The notes under the pieces: model-generated
Told to the model about the DNA's origin: nothing
Databases searched by the model: none
Seen by the model: the letters and a program-made list of their open reading frames with translations, nothing else
Assembly (NCBI GenBank): GCA_964384035.1
Contig: CAYLIB010000003.1
Location: forward strand, 36,393 to 100,392
Direction of reading: 5' to 3'
Source: an uncultured Candidatus Saccharibacteria bacterium
Lineage (GTDB): Bacteria > Patescibacteriota > Doudnabacteria > UBA920
DNA: 64,000 nucleotides
Shown: one piece after another, positions 1 through 8,959 of the stretch
How the letters are laid out: each line of letters opens with the position of its first letter
Position numbering within the stretch: the stretch's first letter is position 1
Made by a program: the position numbers and the translations under genes

Positions 1-33
1 TAACCTAACTTTATGCTTTGTATTTTTTTCCAT

Positions 34-468
34 TTAGTGTTTTTCAAAATATTCTTTAATGACTTGATGACAACCCATACACATTTTCGGGGCTTCTAAT
101 TCTTCTGGTATGGCATATATAATTGCTTCGCCTTCGTGAAGTATTAATTTCTCTGGATTAATACCGGTTAATATAAAAACGAATTCTGGCCTCGGATATT
201 CGGGATGAATGATACCTTCGTAAGTCTTAAATAATTTAATATCTCCTCTGGTAACCTGAAGTTCTAGTTCTTCAAAAAGTTCTCTTTGTATGGCGCCAAA
301 TGGAGTTTCTCCCTGGTCTCCAGTACCACCGAATAAACCAATTAATCCTGCCCTATAAACACCCAACTTACTGTCTCTTTTTTGAAGAATTAAACGACCT
401 TGGGTATCAAACAATAAAGCGGTCGCCCCAAAATCTCGATCTATTATTTTATCTATATCGTCGTTCAT
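34..468 (-). CDS. NUDIX hydrolase
   Basis: 144 aa. Nudix box GGTGDQGETPFGAIQRELFEELEL (Gx5Ex7REUxEExGU). Overlaps the upstream Ham1 gene by 4 nt, so likely an operon. Confidence 0.8.
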   Translation of the reverse strand: MNDDIDKIIDRDFGATALLFDTQGRLILQKRDSKLGVYRAGLIGLFGGTGDQGETPFGAIQRELFEELELQVTRGDIKLFKTYEGIIHPEYPRPEFVFILTGINPEKLILHEGEAIIYAIPEELEAPKMCMGCHQVIKEYFEKH

Positions 469-1010
469 TTATTTAAATAGTAATTTTTAAATTGTTCAAG
501 CGCTTTGCCATAATGGCTGAAAGAAGCTTTTTCTACTTTGTCCATTTCGCCAAAAGTTTTAGTGCTTCCGTTTGGTAAGAATATTGGACCCCAGCCGTAA
601 TCAAGTTCCCCCCTTGGCCCAACTATTTGCCCTTCGACTTCTCCCAGAAAGTAGTGGAGCTCTCCCCTTCCGTCTGAATAACCTACCCAAGCCCTCGCTG
701 TGGCTTTCTTTGAATTAGAGCTTTTGGTGAAATTGTATATTCCCTCTACCCCAACGGTCTCTAGAAACCATTTTACTAGGGTTCCAGGTAAACCCCCTAA
801 ACCCTCTATAGATAGAGACCTATCGTCGATTATGAACTCACCAACTGGGTTTTTTCCTAGAGCTTGTCTGAGTTTATGCTCTATAACCAACTTGCCATCC
901 AGGGACTGTATTTCGTCTAGCTCCATTTCAGTATGAATAACTTCTATTGGAGATAGCGCGGCCTGTAAGTCTAAAAATTTATTCTTGCTACCTGTTACAA
1001 TATTTAGCAT
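465..1010 (-). CDS. non-canonical purine NTP pyrophosphatase (Ham1/RdgB/ITPase family)
   Basis: 181 aa. Ham1-like length and a DYGWGPIF motif resembling the GFGYDPIF signature. Confidence 0.75.
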   Translation of the reverse strand: MLNIVTGSKNKFLDLQAALSPIEVIHTEMELDEIQSLDGKLVIEHKLRQALGKNPVGEFIIDDRSLSIEGLGGLPGTLVKWFLETVGVEGIYNFTKSSNSKKATARAWVGYSDGRGELHYFLGEVEGQIVGPRGELDYGWGPIFLPNGSTKTFGEMDKVEKASFSHYGKALEQFKNYYLNK

Positions 1011-1034
1011 AAATTAATATTAGACTGTGGAATT

Positions 1035-1062
1035 AAAAAAAGCGAGGGTTACTCGCTTTTTT
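1035..1062. terminator. bidirectional rho-independent terminator hairpin
   Basis: A-run, stem gcgag/ctcgc with a 5-nt loop, then T-run. The stop codon of the 1049..1333 gene lies inside the loop. Confidence 0.6.
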
Positions 1063-1333
1063 GTTCTGACTCTGGTTCTGGGGCTTTGGCGCGTTTTGCT
1101 GATTCTAGTTTTTCGATTTCAGCGTTTATGGCTTGGCCATATTCTTTAATTTTGTCGTTGCTGTTTACCAAGATATCGGCAATCTTTTCTGGTTTTATGT
1201 CTAGAAGCATTCCCAGGGCTACCATATGAGCTGAATTGGAAATAAGGCTTCGGTCTAGGTGCTGGAGGTGCATTGCCATCTCATACAAAGCTCTTTCGCT
1301 ACGGGTTGGTTCTTTTTTTATGTAGTCTTTCAT
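1049..1333 (-). CDS. hypothetical small helical protein
   Basis: 94-aa ORF, charged and helical with a Lys/Glu-rich C-terminus. No recognisable domain. Confidence 0.45.
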   Translation of the reverse strand: MKDYIKKEPTRSERALYEMAMHLQHLDRSLISNSAHMVALGMLLDIKPEKIADILVNSNDKIKEYGQAINAEIEKLESAKRAKAPEPESEQKSE

Positions 1334-1419
1334 TTGTTATTTCAGTTTAATTCGTTTGAATATCTTACACTCGATTGCTGAAAAACTCAAGTAATTATGG
1401 GAATGATTCGACAAATGAC

Positions 1420-1448
1420 TTGACAATACTGATTTTTTATTATATACT
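1420..1448 (+). promoter_or_regulatory. sigma70-like promoter TTGACA-17-TATACT
   Basis: Consensus -35 and near-consensus -10 with a 17-nt spacer, ~45 nt upstream of the 1496 ORF. A GAGGAG RBS precedes the ATG. Confidence 0.55.
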
Positions 1449-1495
1449 ACTGAATTATTTCTACAATCTACATGAATATATGAGGAGAAATAGTT

Positions 1496-1705
1496 ATGTC
1501 AGAAAATACGACTGAAAATGAAAAGAGGTTAATGGTTGAAATTATAGCTAGCCATAGCTATGTATCGGTTCAAATCAATTTCAACAACTGGGTAAGAGAA
1601 AATCCCAATGTTGAACTTTACAATGCTCCGATTTACCAAATGACTTCCTCTGGCGGAGGCAATGTACATTTTTCAATTACGATTTTCTATTTCAGAACTG
1701 TCTAA
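1496..1705 (+). CDS. hypothetical small protein
   Basis: 69-aa ORF with a good RBS (gaggagaaatagttATG) and its own promoter. No recognisable domain. Confidence 0.45.
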   Translation: MSENTTENEKRLMVEIIASHSYVSVQINFNNWVRENPNVELYNAPIYQMTSSGGGNVHFSITIFYFRTV

Positions 1706-1777
1706 CTAACCTACATCAAGTGGGTTCTTTTTTTATATATGTTTTATGTTTTGGTACTACTTTGAAAAGCATACATA

Positions 1778-4528
1778 CTATTTATTGACTAATAGTCTCT
1801 GGTGCTCTTGGGTATTTAACAATCCACACTTTTTATATTTTTTTCCAGAACCACAAGGACATGGGTCGTTTCTACCGGGTTCTTTTTCTGAATTGTGGGG
1901 CGTGGAATTTTGGCTACCGTCAGATAAGTTAGTAACTAGGTTAGATTGTTGAATTGTTGGTTGTTCTTGCTGTTTTTCTGCTTGAACAGTGACTTTTAGT
2001 ACTGAATAAACCACCTGCTTGTTTACTTCGGCAATCATTTTTTCGAACATCTTGAAACCCTCCCTCTTGTATTCAACAAGCGGGTCTCTTTGGCCGTAAC
2101 CACGTAGGCGCACTGAGTCTCTTAGGTGGTCCATAGTGTCTAGATGTTCCATCCAGAGAGTGTCTATGGCCTGCAAGATAACGTACCGACATATACGAAG
2201 GTATAATTCTTCGCCAATTTCTTTTTCCTTCTGCTCGAAAATATCTGTTGCAGCTTTTGTTAACTCATCAGTAATTGCAAACTCTCTGTCTGCGGCGTTT
2301 TGTGAAGCTTGCTCAATTCTTTGTTTTACTGCTTCAGTGACTGGCAAAAGTGTGGAGGTCTTTTGAAAAATTTCATTTAGGAACTCCTCGGTTTTTTCAA
2401 AACTAGCACCGCTAAAGGTAACGATTTCGGAAATTTCCTTGTTAATTAACTCTAGTATTTCATTTTTTATTTCTGCCGAAGAATCTAGTTCTGCCTGTGC
2501 GTTTTCTTGGTCTTCCCCTACTGCATCACTAAGGTATTTTCGTCTTCGTTTGTAGATAATATTTCTTTGGCGATTAAGCACGTCGTCGAATTCTAGTACG
2601 TGCTTTCTGGTGTCGAAATTCAGACCTTCTATTTTTTTCTGGGCTTGTTCAATAGACCTACTTACTAAACTTGCTTCTATAGGTTCGTCGTCCTTTATAC
2701 CTAAGGTATTCATCATACCTTTCATTCGTTCACCACCAAAGAGCCTTAGAAGGTCGTCTTCCATACTTACGAAGAACTGCGAACTCCCAGGATCTCCTTG
2801 TCTACCTGCTCTACCTCTAAGTTGATTATCTATACGTCTTGATTCGTGTCTCTCGGTGCCTAAAACATGCAATCCACCTGCTGCTCTTACCTCTTCGGCT
2901 TCTTTAGGGTCTATAGGGTTTCCGCCGAGTAAAATATCCACACCTCTACCAGCGATGTTAGTAGCAAGAGTTACAGCGCCAAGTCGGCCTGCTTGGGAAA
3001 TTATCTGTGCTTCTCTTTCATGGTTTTTAGCATTGAGTATTTCAAAAGGCACACCTTCTTGCCTTAAATATTCAGTTAGTTTTTCGTTCTTAGCAATGCT
3101 AACAGTACCTATTAGCACGGGTTGTCCGGTTTTATGCCTTTCTTTTATCTCTTTAGCTATAGCTTTAAATTTTGCGTCCTCGGTTTTGTATATAATATCT
3201 GATTGATCATTTCTTACCATTGGCTTATTGGTAGGTATAGGAACAACTCCGAGCTGATAGATTTTAAAAAATTCTTCTTCTTCTGTTTTAGCAGTTCCAG
3301 TCATTCCAGCGAGTCTGCTATATAACCTGAAAAGATTTTGGAAGGTAATGGTTGCAAGGGTCTTACTCTCCTGTTGAATTTTTACCCCTTCTTTAGCCTC
3401 TATTGCCTGATGAAGACCCTCGGAATACCTTCTTCCAAACATTAATCTACCTGTAAATTCATCAACTATTACCACTTCCCCGTCTCTAATAACGTAGTCT
3501 CTGTCTATTTTGTAGAGAGTCTTTGCTCTTAGAGCTTGTTCGATGTGGTGCAAGGTAGTGACACCTTTAGAAGTGTCGTAAATATTCGGAACGTTAAGAA
3601 TCCCCTCGATTTTTGTGACTCCGTCGTCTGTTAGCGTTGCGGCTTTATGCTTTTCGTCTATGTTATAGTCCACCTCTTCTTGAAGCTTCTCGACAATTCT
3701 TGCAAATTCTACATATTTACTAGTTGGCTCTGTGTCGGGTGCAGAAATGATAAGCGGGGTTCTAGCTTCATCTATTAAAATAGAGTCAACTTCGTCAACA
3801 ATAGCAAAAAACAAGTCTCTTTGTACGAGCTGTTGTTTTGTCTGGACCATGTTGTCTCTAAGGTAGTCGAAACCGAACTCATTGTTAGTACCGTAGGTTA
3901 TGTCTGAAGCGTAAGCTTGGCGTCTGGTTATGGGACGCATATGCTTTACATCTATCACTAGACCCTGGGTTTCACTTTCCAATTTTTCTATTTCTTCTGC
4001 TTCTGGTTGGTAAGTAGGGTCGTATAAAAATGACTGTTCATGCTGAATAGAGGCTACGCTTAAACCTAGGAAATTAAATATTGGGCCCATAAGGCTTGCT
4101 TGCCAACGAGCGAGATAGTCATTCACGGTGACCAAATGCGCACCCTTACCTGCCAATGCGAAAAGGACTAATGGCAGTGTTGCTGTAAGTGTCTTTCCTT
4201 CACCCGTTTTCATTTCGGCTATAGCCCCGGTAGTTAGAGTAATGCCTCCACCTAACTGGACATCGTAATGAAACTGACCGATAGTTCTCTTAGAAGCTTC
4301 TCTTGTTAAAGCAAAAACCCTTGGTCTGATTTCTGCTAATTTTTTAAAAACTTCTTGTGTTTCAGTAATTTCAGATAATTCTTTTTTAAAATCTAGAATT
4401 TCTGACTTAATTTGTTCATCTGAGAGTGCTTCAATTTCTTCTTTAAAACCATTTATTTTTCTTAACTCTGAAGCATGAGTAACTAAAGGGTTTTTTTCAA
4501 ATGAAAATATACGAGATAAAAAAGACAT
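1778..4528 (-). CDS. secA: preprotein translocase ATPase SecA
   Basis: 916 aa. DEAD-like motor motifs (GEGKT, DEVDSILIDEARTPLIIS) and a C-terminal zinc finger CPCGSGKKYKKC. Confidence 0.97.
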   Translation of the reverse strand: MSFLSRIFSFEKNPLVTHASELRKINGFKEEIEALSDEQIKSEILDFKKELSEITETQEVFKKLAEIRPRVFALTREASKRTIGQFHYDVQLGGGITLTTGAIAEMKTGEGKTLTATLPLVLFALAGKGAHLVTVNDYLARWQASLMGPIFNFLGLSVASIQHEQSFLYDPTYQPEAEEIEKLESETQGLVIDVKHMRPITRRQAYASDITYGTNNEFGFDYLRDNMVQTKQQLVQRDLFFAIVDEVDSILIDEARTPLIISAPDTEPTSKYVEFARIVEKLQEEVDYNIDEKHKAATLTDDGVTKIEGILNVPNIYDTSKGVTTLHHIEQALRAKTLYKIDRDYVIRDGEVVIVDEFTGRLMFGRRYSEGLHQAIEAKEGVKIQQESKTLATITFQNLFRLYSRLAGMTGTAKTEEEEFFKIYQLGVVPIPTNKPMVRNDQSDIIYKTEDAKFKAIAKEIKERHKTGQPVLIGTVSIAKNEKLTEYLRQEGVPFEILNAKNHEREAQIISQAGRLGAVTLATNIAGRGVDILLGGNPIDPKEAEEVRAAGGLHVLGTERHESRRIDNQLRGRAGRQGDPGSSQFFVSMEDDLLRLFGGERMKGMMNTLGIKDDEPIEASLVSRSIEQAQKKIEGLNFDTRKHVLEFDDVLNRQRNIIYKRRRKYLSDAVGEDQENAQAELDSSAEIKNEILELINKEISEIVTFSGASFEKTEEFLNEIFQKTSTLLPVTEAVKQRIEQASQNAADREFAITDELTKAATDIFEQKEKEIGEELYLRICRYVILQAIDTLWMEHLDTMDHLRDSVRLRGYGQRDPLVEYKREGFKMFEKMIAEVNKQVVYSVLKVTVQAEKQQEQPTIQQSNLVTNLSDGSQNSTPHNSEKEPGRNDPCPCGSGKKYKKCGLLNTQEHQRLLVNK

Positions 4529-4584
4529 ACTATCCTTTCTCTAGAATTTGTAAGTTATAACAGTATAACAAAAGGTAGTAAGTA

Positions 4585-4607
4585 TATACAGATTGACAAT
4601 CTGTATA
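4585..4607. promoter_or_regulatory. operator-like palindrome tatacagatt-gac-aatctgtata
   Basis: Perfect 10-bp inverted repeat with a 3-bp centre. It overlaps the -35 hexamers of the divergent secA promoter and the 4664 gene promoter. Confidence 0.45.
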
Positions 4608-4620
4608 TTTTATACCATAA
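4593..4620 (+). promoter_or_regulatory. sigma70-like promoter TTGACA-16-CATAAT
   Basis: Sits upstream of the TIR-like gene. An AAGGAGAG RBS precedes the ATG at 4664. Confidence 0.45.
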
Positions 4621-4663
4621 TGTGTTTTACTTTTAGAACAAACTAAAAAGGAGAGGACTAGCA

Positions 4664-5059
4664 ATGTTTATATCAGTATACGGATCCAAGGAATCTGCAA
4701 AGCAAATAGAGGAATTATTTGCCGAGTTCTGGATTGAGTTAATGCAAAGCGGAGTCCAAATATGGAAAAGCTGGGACCCTTGTTTGCCAGGAGAATTAAT
4801 AGCAAAGGCTTATAAAAGAGCCGAGGAAGCAGATTTATTTCTGGTTTTGCTAGATAATGAATTCCTGAGCAGTCAGTTTGTAGCGGGTAAGTTTTATCGC
4901 ATTCTTAATACCAAGCCTAATACTCCGAAGCTTGTTCTAGCTTTAAAACAATTAAATACTCCTAGACTGGATAAGTTTCTATGGAGAAACAACCCTTTGG
5001 ACGAGCTAATACTGATTGATTTGAAAGTGGAGATCTTAAAAATATTAAACCTACAATAA
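4664..5059 (+). CDS. TIR-like domain protein (stand-alone, DUF1863/TIR-like fold)
   Basis: 131 aa. N-terminal MFISVYGSKE resembles the TIR FISYSHKD start. WKSWDPCLPGEL and ADLFLVLLDNEFLSSQF follow the TIR alphaB/betaC pattern. The usual catalytic Glu position (SxWCxxEL) appears to be Lys. Confidence 0.4.
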   Translation: MFISVYGSKESAKQIEELFAEFWIELMQSGVQIWKSWDPCLPGELIAKAYKRAEEADLFLVLLDNEFLSSQFVAGKFYRILNTKPNTPKLVLALKQLNTPRLDKFLWRNNPLDELILIDLKVEILKILNLQ

Positions 5060-5081
5060 ATTACTTATTGTAGGTTTTTTA
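5050..5081. terminator. bidirectional terminator between the TIR-like gene and hpf
   Basis: Stem cctacaata/tattgtagg (9 bp) followed by a T-run. The + strand stop codon lies inside the stem. A-rich on the other side. Confidence 0.65.
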
Positions 5082-5083
5082 TT

Positions 5084-5419
5084 TTAGATAACCCCTCGCT
5101 TTACTTTGTTACCAAGCTTTCTTCTTAATGAGATTTTTTTATCTTTTTCCTTTGCGAGTTGTTCTTTTATCTTGGGTACTAAAAGATCGAGCGCTTCATA
5201 GGCGTCCATACCTGTTGCTTCAGCATAAAAACCATCGGGTTTTACGGTGCATTCAACCCTAAAAATTTGACCGCTTTTATGTTTTTTATCGACTTGAACT
5301 TCTACGTGTAATTTATGCTGGCTTTTAAGAAAAGTTTCGAGGGTTGCCAGTTTTTCTGTAATTACGTTCTTTATAGACTCTGTTAGGGTTGTGTGCGTTG
5401 CCTTTATTGTGAGGTTCAT
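5084..5419 (-). CDS. hpf: ribosome hibernation promoting factor / RaiA (sigma-54 modulation protein family)
   Basis: 111 aa with a typical HPF/YfiA fold pattern (MNLTIKATHTTLTESIKNVITEKL ... HVEVQV). Confidence 0.85.
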   Translation of the reverse strand: MNLTIKATHTTLTESIKNVITEKLATLETFLKSQHKLHVEVQVDKKHKSGQIFRVECTVKPDGFYAEATGMDAYEALDLLVPKIKEQLAKEKDKKISLRRKLGNKVKRGVI

Positions 5420-5452
5420 ATATTTGTTGATTAATAATGAGACCTACCCTTA

Positions 5453-6541
5453 TTATACTACGCCTTCTAGTTCTTTGCTCTTAAATCCTATTAATTCAGG
5501 TTCGATTAGCAAGTTTATACCCGTTTTTGTAAATACTTCACTCTTAACTGTCCTGACAATCTGTAATACGTCACTTGCGGTGGCATGACCGGAACTGTTC
5601 ACGATGACCAATGGTTGATTTGGATTAATAATAGCCCCTCCGAAGCTTAAACCCTTAAGACCACATATATCTAATAGAAACGCTGCAGGTATTTTTACAC
5701 CTTCAGGTAATTTGAACCTATTCTCATATGATTGCAGTCTCTCTTGAGCCTCATGACCAAAAGTAGACATTATCCTATTTTTAAAAAGTTTTAATTCGGT
5801 GTTATTTAAAAAAATATTTTTGAACCATGAACCACTATTACCGGTTTCTGCGCTTATAGGAAATGGAAATTTTCTATTTCTGATCTGAATGATAGAGTCC
5901 CTTATATTCTTTAAATTCACCTCTTTTGCTTCCATAACTTGAGATAAATCTACATAACTTAAATTTGGTTTTCCATTTTTAAGTAACCTGATGCGAGTAA
6001 ACAAGATGATGTATCTTCCTCTTTTTGAGGTATTGAAAATACTTTTTCGATAGCCAAATCCACAAGTCTTATTATCTAAAGTAACCAATCTTTTTTCTAT
6101 AGTATCATAAGCATCGACTGATACAACTACATCTTTTGCTTCTTGGCCGTATGCACCGACATTCTGCACAGCAAAACCACCTACCCTACCAGGAATATGG
6201 GATAAATTTTCTATACCCCAAAGACCACATTCTACAGCAAAAGCAACAACCTGATCCCATATTTCACCACTACCTAGTTTTAAAACAACCTCTTCATTAT
6301 TTTCAATTATCTTTTCAACTCCCTTGATCCCCAGCTTTAAAACAAGCCCGTCGAAACCTTGATCTGATACAAGAACATTACTTCCTCCTGACAGAGCTAA
6401 GACCGGTAATTGCTTTTTTTCCGAAAATGCAAGGGCCTCTAATATATCATTAAGAGTGATCACTTCCACAAAATATTTTGCAGGTCCACCTATTCTGAAG
6501 GTCGTATGTTCGGAGAGTTTTATGTTCTCTAAAAATTTCAT
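5453..6541 (-). CDS. murB: UDP-N-acetylenolpyruvoylglucosamine reductase
   Basis: N-terminal FAD-binding signature LSEHTTFRIGGPAKYF plus a SGGSNVL motif. 362 aa, with a C-terminal extension relative to typical MurB. Confidence 0.85.
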   Translation of the reverse strand: MKFLENIKLSEHTTFRIGGPAKYFVEVITLNDILEALAFSEKKQLPVLALSGGSNVLVSDQGFDGLVLKLGIKGVEKIIENNEEVVLKLGSGEIWDQVVAFAVECGLWGIENLSHIPGRVGGFAVQNVGAYGQEAKDVVVSVDAYDTIEKRLVTLDNKTCGFGYRKSIFNTSKRGRYIILFTRIRLLKNGKPNLSYVDLSQVMEAKEVNLKNIRDSIIQIRNRKFPFPISAETGNSGSWFKNIFLNNTELKLFKNRIMSTFGHEAQERLQSYENRFKLPEGVKIPAAFLLDICGLKGLSFGGAIINPNQPLVIVNSSGHATASDVLQIVRTVKSEVFTKTGINLLIEPELIGFKSKELEGVV

Positions 6542-7968
6542 ATTTTATCTAGAATTTCACTACCCAGAAGATTAAAATCACCTACGGCCATCACTATAAT
6601 TACATCACTTTCTCTTGTTTCGTTTTTAATAATTTCTAAGGCTTCATGTTTAGAGTCTATTGCCCTAATTTTGTTTTTTATCCCCAAACTATCATTCCGG
6701 GAATTAATTTCATCTACAAGTTCATGATTCTGTTTTGAATTAGGTTTAGTATTGATCTCTCGAGCAGCATAAATAGGTGCAATTAGAGCAAAATCTGCGT
6801 CTTCGAATGCCCCTAGCATCTCTGTTTTTAGCGCCTCGGTTCTCGAGAATGTGTGTGGTTCAAAAATTGCCCAAATTCTATGACCAGGATATCTTACCCT
6901 CGCTGCTTTCAAGGTCTCCTTAACGGCTGTTGGGTGATGCGCATAGTCATCTATAACATCGATGCCAGATTTTTGTCCTAGTAATTCAAACCTTCTTTTA
7001 ATCCCGGGGAAGGTTGTTAAATATTTAGCAACTAGCTCAGAAGTAAAACCAAGCGACCTTAGTAATGTAATACATGCTAAAGTATTTAGAACATTCATTG
7101 CACCAAAAAGTTTTGTTTCGTATCTTTCTGATAGTTCTTTGTCGCTAAATTTTACAACTACATTCAAGCTAGTACCAGTTACTGAAGTCTCCGCTGAAAT
7201 AATTCTCACATTTACACCTGAAGATTGACCAAATGAGAAAGCATGCCTGTTTGCCTGAAAGATAAGTTTTTCAAGTTCTACATCGTCACCGTTGTAAACA
7301 ACAATCCCGTCCGGCGGTAAGTTTGCCAGAAGCAACTCATATTCTTCTTTAAGTTCGTCGAAACTTGAAAATAGATCTGGATGATCATACTCCAGATTCG
7401 TCAGTACTAATATATCTGCTTTATAAAAATGAAATTTAGGAGTTGGATCGTCTGGCAAATTCTTATATTCATCGCCTTCGAATACGAAATAATGACCGTC
7501 CCCTAAACGATAATTTCGGTTTGTACCTTGCAGAACACCACCTATTAAATACGACGAGTCGTCAATATCCGATAGAAGAGTGCCTATTAGGCCGCTTGTA
7601 GTTGTTTTTCCATGAGTCCCAGTCACGACTATACGTATGCTATCTTGCGCCAAAGCACCCATTAATTCTGCAAAAGAACAGTGACTGAGTTCGTTCTCTA
7701 TGATGAATTTATACTCCGGATTTTCTCTATCTATTCCAGCAGAAATAATAAATAAATCCGCTTGAGAATTTTTAATATTTTGAGAATCAAATTTTTCAAA
7801 GAATTCTATATTTGAATCTTTAAGAACAGATAAACTAGGTTCGTAGACCTTTTCATCACTTCCTGTTACATCGAAATTTTTTGACTTAGCTATACCTGCC
7901 GATGCTGACATGGCTATTCCACCTATACCCAGAAAATATATTTTTTGAATTCTACTAAGATCAAGCAT
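6538..7968 (-). CDS. murC: UDP-N-acetylmuramate--L-alanine ligase
   Basis: 476 aa. Mur ligase motifs: GIGGIAMSA N-terminus and the P-loop VTGTHGKTTTSGLIG. Confidence 0.85.
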   Translation of the reverse strand: MLDLSRIQKIYFLGIGGIAMSASAGIAKSKNFDVTGSDEKVYEPSLSVLKDSNIEFFEKFDSQNIKNSQADLFIISAGIDRENPEYKFIIENELSHCSFAELMGALAQDSIRIVVTGTHGKTTTSGLIGTLLSDIDDSSYLIGGVLQGTNRNYRLGDGHYFVFEGDEYKNLPDDPTPKFHFYKADILVLTNLEYDHPDLFSSFDELKEEYELLLANLPPDGIVVYNGDDVELEKLIFQANRHAFSFGQSSGVNVRIISAETSVTGTSLNVVVKFSDKELSERYETKLFGAMNVLNTLACITLLRSLGFTSELVAKYLTTFPGIKRRFELLGQKSGIDVIDDYAHHPTAVKETLKAARVRYPGHRIWAIFEPHTFSRTEALKTEMLGAFEDADFALIAPIYAAREINTKPNSKQNHELVDEINSRNDSLGIKNKIRAIDSKHEALEIIKNETRESDVIIVMAVGDFNLLGSEILDKI

Positions 7969-8959
7969 ATTGTTTATTCTTCTCCGATTGTTTGAGTTTT
8001 ATTAAATTTATAATTTTTTGTGCATTTTCGTTACCTACCGCTAATCCTTGATCGTATAGCTTACGACCTTCGTGAATTTTTACTCCAGCTGTTGCCGTAG
8101 CCACTCCTGTACTTATTAATAAATCACAACCATAGTTTGGTAAGTCACCTTTTTGACGCTGATTCGCTTCGACCGCGATATCCAGACATCTTCCCAAAAT
8201 TGAAAATGTCCCAATATTTCTCCGATCTTCATCTTCAAATGCTTTGAGTTCGTCCATGTACCCCAGAAGATCAACCCCATTGAATGCAACTTTTAATTTA
8301 TTTATCCAAGGCCCAAATTTATTTAGGAATGAGAATTTCTTTACCGTTTCATGCAGTGCGTCCATAACTTTTTCATTTCTTATGAAGAAATATTTATTAG
8401 ACCTTACCTGTACTCCTATTACTACGTCTGCCCCTGCGGATCTTACGAAATTCCCAGGTACATAACAACCCAATCCACCATCTACAAGTACCATGTTCCC
8501 CCACTTCATCGGCTCAAAAACACCGGGCATACTACAAGAAATTCGGACTGCCCTGGCTATATCCCCAAGAGACAATTCTACGGATCTTTTGCTTTCGAGA
8601 TCTGTAGCTAGAAAACTTAACCTAGGTTTGACTGCTTCCATCTTTAAACCTAATGAATATTTTTCTCTAAAATATTCTTCGAATGGTTCAAGTGAATACC
8701 AACCACCTCCTGTTTTTGATCTGGAAACTAAGGAGAATAATGTCTTACTATTTAATGCAAGGGCTTCATCTCGTAGTAAATGCAATTTACCAGTAGCATA
8801 CGCGGCCGAAACTATGGCCGCACCTGAATAGGAAGTAATGAAGTCTATTTCGATATTATGATTTTTTAATGCCTCTAAGAAGCCAATGTAAAAAACACTA
8901 CGAGCAGCTGCTCCACTCATAGCTAGACCTATGGTTATTTTTGAATTCTTTATGGACAT
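7961..8959 (-). CDS. patatin-like phospholipase family protein (degenerate GxSxG)
   Basis: 332 aa. Oxyanion region LAMSGAAARSVFYIGFLEAL and catalytic-Asp motif LVDGGLG are present. The nucleophile elbow reads SYSGA rather than GxSxG. Confidence 0.55.
   Translation of the reverse strand: MSIKNSKITIGLAMSGAAARSVFYIGFLEALKNHNIEIDFITSYSGAAIVSAAYATGKLHLLRDEALALNSKTLFSLVSRSKTGGGWYSLEPFEEYFREKYSLGLKMEAVKPRLSFLATDLESKRSVELSLGDIARAVRISCSMPGVFEPMKWGNMVLVDGGLGCYVPGNFVRSAGADVVIGVQVRSNKYFFIRNEKVMDALHETVKKFSFLNKFGPWINKLKVAFNGVDLLGYMDELKAFEDEDRRNIGTFSILGRCLDIAVEANQRQKGDLPNYGCDLLISTGVATATAGVKIHEGRKLYDQGLAVGNENAQKIINLIKLKQSEKNKQYA

Noticed and set aside
1746-3206. Plus-strand ORFs (1746..1952, 2136..2366, 2610..2825, 2856..3206) inside secA
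   Set aside because: They lie fully within the strongly supported secA CDS on the opposite strand and have low-complexity Ser/Phe-rich translations.
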